In this document: piece by piece, positions 19,301 to 28,294 of the stretch
Position numbering within the stretch: position 1 is the stretch's first letter
Layout of the letters: the number at the start of each line of letters is the position of its first letter
Assembly: GCA_965207225.1 (NCBI GenBank)
Contig: CBDBLV010000005.1
Coordinates: 288,001-352,000 of the forward strand
DNA length: 64,000 nucleotides
From: Dehalococcoidia bacterium
GTDB taxonomy: Bacteria; Chloroflexota; Dehalococcoidia; Plut-88900
Direction: 5' to 3'
Notes under the pieces: model-generated
What the model was told of the DNA's origin: nothing
Seen by the model: only the letters and a program-made list of their open reading frames with translations
Database searches by the model: none
Translations under genes and position numbers: made by a program

Positions 19301-21028
19301 TTGACTATGTTTAAGAACATTCCTCTAAGCAGACGCCTGAGCCTCGGAGTAGCTGCCCTGCTAGTCGCCATTGCCCTCTTCGTCATCTTCCGCCCCGAAG
19401 GGGACAGGACTCTGAACATCCTCTACTGGCAGGCTCCCTCCACCCTGAACCCTTACCTCTCCGGCGGATTCAAGGACCGCGACGCCGCAGCCATCACCCT
19501 CCAGCCTCTGGCCTACTACGACCCCGACGGCACCCTCGTCCCGGCCCTCGCCGCCGATATCCCGACCGTCCGCAACGGCGGTATCTCCCAGCACCTGACC
19601 TCCATCACCTGGAAGCTCCAGGATGGCCTGAAGTGGTCCGACGGCAGCGACCTCACCGCCCACGACTTCGTTTTCACCTGGCGCTACTGCATGGACGAGG
19701 CCACCGGCTGCACTGAGGCCAGCTCTTTCGTAGACATAACCTCCGTAGAAGCCCCCGACGACCTCACGGTCAGGATCAACTTCCACGCCCCCACCCCCTA
19801 CCCCTACTCCGCTTTCGTCGGTGCTGGGTTGCCTGTGCTTAGCCGGGCCCAGTTCGCCGACTGCGTCGGGGCCGCTGCTTCCGGCTGCGACGACCAGAAC
19901 TTCGCCCCCCTCGGCCCGGGCCCCTACCGCGTCGTCACCTTCTTCCCCGACGATCACGCCGTGTACGAGCGCAACCCCCACTATTACGGTGACAAGCCCT
20001 ACTTCAAGAGCGTCATCCTCAAGGGCGGCGGCGATGCCCTCTCCGCCGCCAGGTCCGTCTTGGAGGAGGGAGAAGCCGACTATGCCTGGAACCTGCAGAT
20101 AGATCCCGAGTCCCTCGCCGAGCTCGAATCCGTGGGCAAAGGTAAGGTCGTATCCGCCTTTGCAAGCCTCGTGGAGCGCATCGTCCTTAACCAGACTAAC
20201 TCAGACCCTGCCCTCGGCCAAGACCGCTCAGAGTACCTGGAAGGCGCTAATCCTCATCCCTTGCTTACCTTCACCCCCATCGCCCAGGCCATGTCTATGG
20301 CCATAGACCGCACCACAATCTCCGAGCGGCTCTACGGCTTCGCCGGCAAGTCCGCCTGCAACCTCATCGTCGGCCCCCCGGCCTACGTCTCCACCGCTAA
20401 CGACGCCTGCCTGACTCAGGACATCAGGGGCGCCAACAAGCTCCTGGACGACAACGGCGTCATAGATATTGATGGTGACGGCATCCGGGAATACGACGGC
20501 ATTCCCCTGCGCTTCACCTATCAGACCTCCACCAATGAGGTCCGACAGGAGACCCAGGCCCTCGTACGTGGTTGGTGGAGGGAGATTGGCGTCGAGGCCG
20601 AGCTAATCGACCATGACGCCGCTGTCTTCTTCGGCGGCGACCCCGTGGAAGACAAAGAAGCCGTCTATTCCCGCTTCTTCGCCGACCTCCAGATGTACGC
20701 CACGGGCCCCGACATCGACCCCCAGCAGTACCTCGTCGGCCTCACCTGCGACCAAATCCCCGACCAGGACAACGGCTGGGGCGGCAGCAACGTCCCCAGG
20801 GCCTGCAACCCCGAGTTTGATCAGCTGGCCGAGGAGCTCGCACACACCCCCGTTGGCCCCGACCGCTCCACCCTCGTCCGGCGTATGAACGACATCCTCG
20901 TCCAGAGCTACTACGAGATTCCCCTGGTCAACCGGGGCATCGTCTCCGCCCACTTGAATGCCCTTCAGGGTGTCCGCTTTAACGGCTGGGACAGCGAACT
21001 CTGGAACATCGCCGAGTGGCGGCGTTGA
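19301..21028 (+). CDS. Peptide ABC transporter substrate-binding protein (family 5)
   Basis: YWQAPSTLNPYLSGG, KWSDG, GPGPY. Confidence 0.9.
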   Translation: MTMFKNIPLSRRLSLGVAALLVAIALFVIFRPEGDRTLNILYWQAPSTLNPYLSGGFKDRDAAAITLQPLAYYDPDGTLVPALAADIPTVRNGGISQHLTSITWKLQDGLKWSDGSDLTAHDFVFTWRYCMDEATGCTEASSFVDITSVEAPDDLTVRINFHAPTPYPYSAFVGAGLPVLSRAQFADCVGAAASGCDDQNFAPLGPGPYRVVTFFPDDHAVYERNPHYYGDKPYFKSVILKGGGDALSAARSVLEEGEADYAWNLQIDPESLAELESVGKGKVVSAFASLVERIVLNQTNSDPALGQDRSEYLEGANPHPLLTFTPIAQAMSMAIDRTTISERLYGFAGKSACNLIVGPPAYVSTANDACLTQDIRGANKLLDDNGVIDIDGDGIREYDGIPLRFTYQTSTNEVRQETQALVRGWWREIGVEAELIDHDAAVFFGGDPVEDKEAVYSRFFADLQMYATGPDIDPQQYLVGLTCDQIPDQDNGWGGSNVPRACNPEFDQLAEELAHTPVGPDRSTLVRRMNDILVQSYYEIPLVNRGIVSAHLNALQGVRFNGWDSELWNIAEWRR

Positions 21029-21165
21029 ACGTCTTCCGGCTCTCATCTATTTCCATGCCGTGTGGGTTGTCATTTGTGACGCGATTCGCTATATAATGGT
21101 AACCCGCAGAGCCACAGCGGCTCAGGAGGAAAGCTTTCTCACTGCCTCTGCGCAGGAGGACATCG

Positions 21166-21501
21166 ATGAATGTAGACTTTGAGAGACAAGACGGCAATCT
21201 GATAGCTTCCGTTGTGGGTAGCGTGGACGGCACCAACGCAGCGGAATTCCAGGCAACCCTCCAGGGAGCGGTCCAGGACGAAGACAAAGGGATGCTTCTG
21301 GACTTCGAGAGTCTGGAGTACATCAGCAGTGCCGGCCTCCGAGTCCTCTTGCTGATTGCCAAGGAAATGCAGAGGAAGGCCTCCAATTTCGCCGTTTGCT
21401 CCCTCTCGGGCCAGGTCCGGGAGCTCTTCACCGTCAGCGGCTTCGACCAGATTATTTCCATCCACAACAACCAGAAGGACGCCCTCAAGTCCTTCAACTA
21501 G
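21166..21501 (+). CDS. STAS anti-sigma factor antagonist
   Basis: LEYISSAGLRVLL. Confidence 0.9.
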   Translation: MNVDFERQDGNLIASVVGSVDGTNAAEFQATLQGAVQDEDKGMLLDFESLEYISSAGLRVLLLIAKEMQRKASNFAVCSLSGQVRELFTVSGFDQIISIHNNQKDALKSFN

Positions 21502-21527
21502 CCCCCGACCCGCATCTGAACAACAGC

Positions 21528-21565
21528 AACGGGCGCCCGACCTATGCCGGGCGCCCGTTCTCTTT
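21528..21565. terminator. Terminator between convergent genes
   Basis: AACGGGCGCCCG...CGGGCGCCCGTT, then CTCTTT. Confidence 0.7.
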
Positions 21566-21585
21566 GCCCTTCTTGTTACGCTGCC

Positions 21586-22236
21586 CTAGTACAGGTGCGG
21601 CTGCATCGAGGATATCACCGTCAACTCGATGTCCCTGATCGCTTGGGACATCGCCTGCCCGATTATGTCCAGCTTCCTCACCTGCTCTATACGCCCCGCC
21701 ACCTGTCCTAACTGCCGCTTGGACAGCAACTCCCGGAAGATCCCGCACGCGTCCACCAGGCAGATGATCATTATGTCCCGGGGCCCGGGTATCATCTCGC
21801 TGAACAGCACCTCCATGATCCGGAGCTTCACTTCCCGTTCTGCCTGCCCGTCCACCATCGGGTAGCGCCGGGAGCGGAACATCCACATGAACCGGTCGTC
21901 CTGCCGCTCCAGTATCCCCTCGTTCACCAGCCTGTTCAGCGCCTCCTCCCGGACTTCGGGGCCCTTTTCGGCCAGGTGCTCCAGCCAGTAGCGCGTGTCC
22001 TTCTGCTCGGAAGCTGCTATCTCCGCCAGCGCCGGGTCCAAAAGGCTGTCCCCGACAGGCGAGGAGTCGACGAGGATCAGGTTCTCCAGGTCCGTGTCGA
22101 TCCGGTTCTCCATGGCCAGGTCCATCAAGATGCCCCCCGCCAGGGCGTAGTTCAGCGACCACCTCGGGATCCGAACGAACCTGCCGTCCTCGTCATCCAG
22201 GAGAATCAGGATGATCTCTTCAGCAAATCTAAGCAC
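21586..22236 (-). CDS. GPP34/GOLPH3-family protein
   Basis: FAEEIILILLDDEDG, LAGGILMDLAMENRI, RRYP. Confidence 0.85.
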   Translation of the reverse strand: MLRFAEEIILILLDDEDGRFVRIPRWSLNYALAGGILMDLAMENRIDTDLENLILVDSSPVGDSLLDPALAEIAASEQKDTRYWLEHLAEKGPEVREEALNRLVNEGILERQDDRFMWMFRSRRYPMVDGQAEREVKLRIMEVLFSEMIPGPRDIMIICLVDACGIFRELLSKRQLGQVAGRIEQVRKLDIIGQAMSQAIRDIELTVISSMQPHLY

Positions 22237-22304
22237 TTTTACTGTCCTCTTCCCGCCAGGAACGGGGCAGTTTGACTAATTTTATACTACCCGCCCCCTA
22301 CCCG

Positions 22305-23720
22305 CTACCTTTCGGCGAGCTCCTGTATCATCTCCATCGTGAGCTCCGCTGACTGTGCGATTGGCTCGTATTCCAGGTGCTCCACCGTGTCCCGAGGCGA
22401 GTTGATATAGGTCACGTCGTCGGCGAACAGGAACACCGCCTCCACCCCCGCCGACATGAATGCCACGTGGTCGGACCCGTACCCCGGGGGCAGCTCGAAG
22501 GTCAGCACCTCGATCCCGACTCCCGCCCCCGTCTCTGCCGCAAACTCCACCATCGCCTCCGACCCGATGGCCGTCAGGGCCCCCGCCCCGACCACGTCCA
22601 GGTTGATCATCCCCATTATCCGGTCCAACTCCTCCTCTTCCAGCCCCCCGACATACGCAAAGCTCCCGTTCAGCCCCGTCTCCTCCGCCCCGAACATCAC
22701 GAACCTCAGGTCGAAGGGCAGTTCGTCGTCGGCCAGCTCCTCGGCGATGGTAAGGGCCACCGCGACCCCCGACCCATTATCATTCGCGCCCTGTGTGTCG
22801 GGCGTCGTGTCGTAGTGCGCCCCGACCACCAGCACCTCGTCATCCTCGATGTCGTTGTTAAGCTCCGCGATGATATTTCTGGAAGGTTGCGGGAACAACG
22901 GCGTCTTGTTGACCCGGGCCTCGACCTCGACACCACTCTCCACCATTCGCGCCAGCCCGTTCCCCTCCTGTACCCCGATGGTTATCGCCGGAATGCTCGT
23001 TTCGTCAAGTATCCTGTCCCAGATCGCCGTCCCCCCCGCCTCCCGGCTGAAGAGCACCACCGCCTCCGCCCCCGACTCCGCCGCCCCTTCCACTTTGTCC
23101 TGCAGCGTGTTATCACCCCCCATTTCGATGAGCACGATTCTGCCCGTCAGGTCCACCCCCGAGAAATCCTCTTTCGTACCCTGGCCCGCATATGCCAGGG
23201 TGCCGTCTATCCCGTAACCCTGCGCCCTTCGGGTAGAAGGGTCGACCGGGAAGGCAAACATCCACACCTCTTCTCCGGGCGCCCTTCCCAACAGGATGCG
23301 CCCGACATCCGACCGCTCCGGCACCCGTATCATCAGCCTTACAGCCTCCGAGATTTCGATAGCCTCGAACTCCTCCAGCCCCACCTCATACCCCCACCCC
23401 GAGAACCGACCCGCCAGCCATTCCGCCGCCCGCAACTCCTCCTCCGTCGCGCTCTCCCTGGGACTCAGCTCCTCCGCCAGCATCAGCGTCGTCTCCCACG
23501 CCCTTTCCCCCAGAGATGTCTCGGACTGCGTAGCCGGGGCCTGGGTAGGGGCGACCGCCGTGGGAGGCTCAGCAGTAGCAACAGGCATCGATGTAGGGGC
23601 CGCGGTAGGCATCGGCGTAGATGCCTCCCCCCCGCACCCCACCACCAGAGCCAAGACCAGCAGCCCGGCCAGGGCCAGTAAGGTAAGTCGTAAGAAACGG
23701 GCTTTCGTAGAAGACTCCAT
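22305..23720 (-). CDS. M28 aminopeptidase lipoprotein with PA domain
   Basis: Lipobox LVVGC; GAHYD, GANDNGSG, AEETGLNGS, SDH. Confidence 0.9.
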   Translation of the reverse strand: MESSTKARFLRLTLLALAGLLVLALVVGCGGEASTPMPTAAPTSMPVATAEPPTAVAPTQAPATQSETSLGERAWETTLMLAEELSPRESATEEELRAAEWLAGRFSGWGYEVGLEEFEAIEISEAVRLMIRVPERSDVGRILLGRAPGEEVWMFAFPVDPSTRRAQGYGIDGTLAYAGQGTKEDFSGVDLTGRIVLIEMGGDNTLQDKVEGAAESGAEAVVLFSREAGGTAIWDRILDETSIPAITIGVQEGNGLARMVESGVEVEARVNKTPLFPQPSRNIIAELNNDIEDDEVLVVGAHYDTTPDTQGANDNGSGVAVALTIAEELADDELPFDLRFVMFGAEETGLNGSFAYVGGLEEEELDRIMGMINLDVVGAGALTAIGSEAMVEFAAETGAGVGIEVLTFELPPGYGSDHVAFMSAGVEAVFLFADDVTYINSPRDTVEHLEYEPIAQSAELTMEMIQELAER

Positions 23721-23785
23721 ACATAGAGTCTAACGATGGGCCGGGGGTGGGGTTACGCCGCTGGCCGCCACCTCCTCGCCCCCCC

Positions 23786-24046
23786 CAGTACTGAACTAGA
23801 GTCAGACCCCATGTGCCTTAGCACATGGGGTCTGACTCTGTTCTTATCTCCCCCTCTCCCTTAGAGGCCCTAAGGGAGAGGGGGATACAGGGTGTGAGGG
23901 TTCCCCTGTGGGGCGGGGAGCCTCCCCCTCAGTACCAAACTAGAGGCATGCACCTGCGCCATGGCGCAGGTGCATGCCTCTGTTTTTTCTTCCCCCTCTC
24001 CCTTAAAGGCCCTAAGGGAGAGGGGGATACAGGGGGTGAGGGTTCC
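23786..24046 (+). repeat. Two tandem variable-hairpin composite repeats (copies B, C)
   Basis: Stems 23798-23839 (19 bp) and 23942-23981 (40-bp palindrome), each followed by the same REP tail. Confidence 0.9.
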
Positions 24047-24058
24047 CTTCCCCCACCC

Positions 24059-24622
24059 CTAGAAATACTTATCAATCCCCCCGTACCCTATCTGCCTCCC
24101 CTTCTCGCTCGCCCTTATCAGGTTCTCCAGCCGACTCGCGAACACCTCCGGCCGGGCCCGTGCCCCGTCTATGTATGCCACCCGGATCCGCTGGTAAGCC
24201 TGCGAGCAGCCCTGGAAATACTCCCACGCCTCCTCATTCGACCGGATCGCCTCCAGGATATCCGGGGGAAACACGAACTCCTCCTTCAGTACCTCCTCCA
24301 CCGACTCCCACACCGAGGGATGCAGCAGGCCCTCCTCCGCCAGCCAGCGAAGCCTCTCCTTGTTCTGCTGCGAGTAGCCACTCCTGGGTTTCCGAGGCGA
24401 GAAGCGCTACACCGCCCGCAGGGGGTCCAGCTTCTTGATGATGCTGTCTATCCACCCGAAGCACAGGGCCTCCTCCACCGCATCGTTGTACAGGATGCGA
24501 GGCTCCCCCGACCCCTTGTTCGGATAGACCAGCCAAATCTCCCCCGCCGACTCGAAATTAGCCTCCAGCCACCTCCGCCACTCCCCCCTCTCGACAACAT
24601 ACAGCCTCTCCCCTATCTCCAT
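24059..24622 (-). pseudogene. YdeI/OmpD-associated family gene with in-frame TAG at 24407-24409
   Basis: EALCFGWIDS...LRAV*RFSPRKPRSGYSQQNKERL continues in frame. Confidence 0.8.
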
Positions 24623-24907
24623 GGAAATATCCCTCCCTTAGCCTCCGTCTAATGACAGAAAAACCTACATAGCAGGCAAGTTCCTGGGCTCTGGGCCTTG
24701 CCTGCCTGATCGTTGACTTAGTTCGCAATCGTCCATATGGGTGAGGTCCACCGGCGAATCCGTGCGGCTGGCAAGATTCCCTATCTCCTTCAAATGTTAC
24801 GTACACTTCTGAACCAGAAGGGTGGTAAATCTTTAACGTGTGCCGTATGTCTCTCTTAACTCAGCACTTAAGGATGATTGGAAGGCTACAAATGATGAAT
24901 TCACAAG

Positions 24908-26005
24908 ATGACTCGACGGTATAATCATACTAACGGTACTCCGATGAATTCACTACACGAATTATTCGAATCGACTTTAGAGGAAATGCTGTCAGCAAAT
25001 GACGCATTCCTTGATCCAACTGATCTACAGGTTGCGGTTACCGAAATGATTCCCGAGTTAGCAGAAGAGACTGCTGATGCGATGTTGGGAAGGATCAAAA
25101 AGAGCTACAAGGCGACATTGAAGGCCAACCGACGGGAACAAGCGAGGTTCGAGAATAGGCATATCGCGCTTTGGAAAGAACCTCTTGACCTATTGGAGCT
25201 CTTCATTGCGGTCTCTAGAGAAGCCGGTGAAGATTGCAACCGCAGGCTCCGAAATAGCAACCCTATCAATAGCGGAGCTACGGTAGAAGCTCTCACCAGA
25301 CTTCATGCAAAAGCTTGCCAGACATCCTCTGCAATACTCATTCTTCTGCGATTTGGATATGCGGACGATGCTAACGCCAGATGGCGTTCATTACATGAGA
25401 TTGCCGTTGTCGGGCACTTCCTAAGGCAGGGTGGCGAGGAATTAGCTCAACGTTATCTGCTGCACGATGCAATTCAAAGATACAGAATCGCGTGCGCTCT
25501 GCGCGACTATGCAGACCGGACAAATGAAGTGCCGCTGCCCGAATCGGATTTCGAAGGGCTAAAGGCGGAACACGACGAACTGATAGCCCGTTTTGGTAAG
25601 CAATTTGGAAAGGATTACGGCTGGGCTGAATCCGTTTTGAAGAAAAAAGATCCTAAGTTGTCGGACATCGAATTATTCGTCAAGTCAGACCATTGGCGTC
25701 CCTACTACAGATTGGCGAGTGGCAATGTTCATCCTAATGCACACGGCATCTATTTTCGGCTTGGGCTTAGGAAAGAGTCTGACAACATTCTGCTAGTAGG
25801 GCCAAGCAATTTCGGTTTGGCGGATCCCGGGCACTCCACTGCGGTCTCACTCCTGAACATAACTATCGCCTTGCTCATGGTGGACCCAACCCTCGATGAT
25901 TTTGTCCACTCATCAATTGTCGAACGTCTGGCCGATGAGGTCGGCGAATCGTTTCTTCAAGTCCATCGTAAGATTGAACTACATCCAGATCCCGCGAACG
26001 CTTAG
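24908..26005 (+). CDS. DUF5677 / HEPN-like protein
   Basis: GYADDANARWRSLHE and YRLASGNVH (Rx4-6H-like); AT-richer. Confidence 0.75.
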   Translation: MTRRYNHTNGTPMNSLHELFESTLEEMLSANDAFLDPTDLQVAVTEMIPELAEETADAMLGRIKKSYKATLKANRREQARFENRHIALWKEPLDLLELFIAVSREAGEDCNRRLRNSNPINSGATVEALTRLHAKACQTSSAILILLRFGYADDANARWRSLHEIAVVGHFLRQGGEELAQRYLLHDAIQRYRIACALRDYADRTNEVPLPESDFEGLKAEHDELIARFGKQFGKDYGWAESVLKKKDPKLSDIELFVKSDHWRPYYRLASGNVHPNAHGIYFRLGLRKESDNILLVGPSNFGLADPGHSTAVSLLNITIALLMVDPTLDDFVHSSIVERLADEVGESFLQVHRKIELHPDPANA

Positions 26006-26179
26006 TAGGCTATGCAGCTACTAGCATATTGCTCTTTCATGCCGCCCCCCTCCCCCCCCCGACCTCAATATCTCAACCCCACGACCAAACCAGAGCCACC
26101 CCCCTTGCCCCCGGGTATATGCTATCAGCGACCGGATCCAATGGTCCTTCTCAAGACACAACCTGAAGGAGGTCTGAAC

Positions 26180-26860
26180 ATGGGCACAATTGCCGTCAAT
26201 CGGTTGGCGGGCCTGTCCCTCATATTTGGTCCGTTAATCGCTTTCGTATTCTTCCTGGTGGAACCGGGTGGACTGATCATCGACAGCGCCGACGTCTCGG
26301 ACGCTGCCGGCACCATAGACGCCAAGAGTGGCAACGCCGTACTGACCAACATAACCAACATGGGGATAATCCTTGGCATCGCCCTGATCCTGTCGGGGCT
26401 CTATGCGCTGATGAGGAACGTCACCTTGAAGGGCAACGGCAAGGGGTTGGTCCAGATGGGCTTCTTCATCCTCCTAGTCGGGCTGACCGGGTGGATCCTG
26501 TCCGCCGGTGTGGACTTCATCCTCGCCGACGCCCAGACCGCTGCCCAGGTTACGGAAGGCATCCCCGTCTTGAACGTCGGCTTTGCCATCTTCTACGCCG
26601 GTGGAATCGCCGTGGGCTTTGGCGGTTTCATCTTCGCCTTGGGCCTCTCCACGAGAGACGATTTCAACCGGATAATCTCCCTCCTGGCTTCCCTCGTTAG
26701 CCTGGCGGTAATGGTCTTCTTCATGATTGCCATACTCAGCAACGACGCCCATGACACCTTCATCACCTTGGCTCGGAGCTTCTACGTGCTGCTCGTAATC
26801 TGGTATGGCTATCTTGGCCTCGGCCTCACCAAACGACCCGACCCCGACCTCTGGCAATAG
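26180..26860 (+). CDS. Multi-pass membrane hypothetical protein
   Basis: About 6 TM segments; AAGGAGG SD. Confidence 0.7.
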   Translation: MGTIAVNRLAGLSLIFGPLIAFVFFLVEPGGLIIDSADVSDAAGTIDAKSGNAVLTNITNMGIILGIALILSGLYALMRNVTLKGNGKGLVQMGFFILLVGLTGWILSAGVDFILADAQTAAQVTEGIPVLNVGFAIFYAGGIAVGFGGFIFALGLSTRDDFNRIISLLASLVSLAVMVFFMIAILSNDAHDTFITLARSFYVLLVIWYGYLGLGLTKRPDPDLWQ

Positions 26861-26889
26861 TCATAGTAGAGAGGGCAGCCCCCTCCCCC

Positions 26890-27152
26890 CAGTGCTGAAC
26901 TAGAGGCCCACGTGGGTGCAGCGCACCCACGTGGGCCTCTGCTCTTCTCTCCCCCTCTCCCTTAATGGGACCCTTATACAACCCTCTCCAAGGTGTCGGG
27001 GGGAGGTGTCCAATCCCCTCTCCCATCGAGGGAGAGGGGGAGGGTGATTCGAATGCCAAGAGACCAGTCATGCAAAGCCCTCTTAGTGGCCCTGAGAGCC
27101 TGCCCCGAGTCCCTCGAGGGGGAGAGGGGGATAAAGGGGGTGAGGGTTCCCC
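26890..27152 (+). repeat. Variable-hairpin repeat (copy D) plus CCCTCTCCC/GGGAGAGGG REP cluster
   Basis: 18-bp perfect stem 26902-26940; further REP units to 27152. Confidence 0.8.
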
Positions 27153-27197
27153 TGGGGGGTTGGGGGGTATTCCCCCCAAAACCCGTGCCAAAAGCCC

Positions 27198-27250
27198 TTG
27201 ACTTCTATTACACCCGTGCTAAACTGTTTCGCAGTTCGAACTAATATTCA
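27198..27250 (+). promoter_or_regulatory. Sigma70-type promoter with LexA-like box
   Basis: TTGACT-16-TAAACT with extended TG; CGAAC-TAAT-ATTCA at 27237-27250. Confidence 0.5.
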
Positions 27251-27454
27251 GTGATCTAAGGAGGAACCAAGAACCCAGGGAAGCCCCGAGACCCGCCCCC
27301 GAGGACTCAACGCCCTAGCCCATCCCAATACCTCTCCCCTCTCTTGTAGGGGCGACCGGCCAATCGCCCCCTCGCGAGACGGGCAGGTTGCGGCACAAGC
27401 GAAAAGCGCCATCTCCTCACCCCACCGGGTCCCGTGCCCCTTCCCTGGTTTCCA

Positions 27455-27821
27455 GGCGATGGAGGGTCCATCGACTCTATGCGGCATCAGGCCTCTCTAT
27501 AACGACGCCCCTTACCCGGGCGTATACGCCTCGCCGACTTTACCCTCGTCGAGGAATTCCGCGAGTCTTCTGACTCGTTATGCAGGGCTTTAGCGCCCTT
27601 ATGCGGCTCCATCCGCCCACGGCGGCTTCGAGTCGAATGCTGTCCCGCTCAGCGGTCGAGCGCTGATACGGAGAACAGAAGTCCCCGCGCAGAGACGCCC
27701 TCGACAACGGCAAGTCTCCCAAGGCATGCGTGAAGGGAAAGGCAGGACAGCCGCCGATGCCACAAGCGTCGGCGTAGGTGCCAAAGAGATCCTGCGTGAG
27801 AGTCCCGGACCTTCCATCGCC
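27455..27821 (+). ncRNA. Candidate large structured ncRNA of unknown class
   Basis: 15-bp closing stem plus about 10 further helices; mismatches mostly G-U on + strand; no credible ORF. Confidence 0.65.
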
Positions 27822-27894
27822 GACCCAAAACTCAACAGCCAGAATGCAAACCCAGACCCCACAACCGAACACCCCCATCTCCTCCCTTCCCCCC

Positions 27895-28035
27895 CAGTAC
27901 CAAACTAGAGGCAAGCGCCTGCGCCATGGTGCAGGCGCTTGCCTCTGTTTTTTCTTCCCCCTCTTCCTTAAGGGCCCTAAGAGCCTGCCCCGAGTCCCTC
28001 GAGGGGGAGAGGGGGATCAAGGGGGTGAGGGTTCT
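27895..28035 (+). repeat. Variable-hairpin composite repeat (copy E) with nested 24-nt insert
   Basis: Stem 27907-27946; tail interrupted by GAGCCTGCCCCGAGTCCCTCGAGG. Confidence 0.85.
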
Positions 28036-28196
28036 TCTGTGGGGCGAGGGGTATCCCCTCCCCGGTTTGGAATGCGGGGTGATGGTTCCCTCCCCGTCCC
28101 TTAAACAATCAAAGTCGTGCCTGAAAACGCAAAACAATCAAACACCGGCTCCTCCCCCTCGCCCCCCGCGCCACGCGAAATCCCCGGAAATCCCTC

Positions 28197-28248
28197 TAGG
28201 CGTCGTTCAATCAAAACAGCTGCGAGTTCAATCAACCTTCAATCAATC
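28197..28248 (+). repeat. Short TTCAATC array upstream of glnS
   Basis: Units at 28206, 28227, 28238; leader matches 10307 copy. Confidence 0.75.
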
Positions 28249-28294
28249 CCCCACCCGACTATAATGTGTCGGCATCAAATCGCCCGACACCACC

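Noticed and set aside
21586-22236. GOLPH3-like gene as a eukaryote-derived effector
   Set aside because: GPP34 proteins are widespread in bacteria and nothing here indicates secretion or transfer.
22377-23681. Long + strand ORFs such as 22377-23681, 30802-32058 and 55143-56117
   Set aside because: Antisense shadows of well-supported minus-strand genes in high-GC DNA; no recognisable motifs.
23786-24046. CRISPR array (constant flanks with variable middles)
   Set aside because: Only two tandem units, variable parts are self-complementary hairpins, other copies are dispersed, and no cas genes are present.
24407-24409. Genome-wide TAG recoding
   Set aside because: Many intact genes here end at TAG at the expected family length (glnS, guaB3, crotonase).
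27455-27821. tmRNA, RNase P RNA, SRP RNA, T-box or group I/II intron identity for the structured region
   Set aside because: No tRNA-like T-arm/CCA end, no GAGGAAAGUCC plus ACAGAA..CGGCUUA pair, no SRP GGAA domain, no T-box UGGNACC and no domain V. GACTC/GAGTC resembles group I P7 only superficially and is part of the closing stem.
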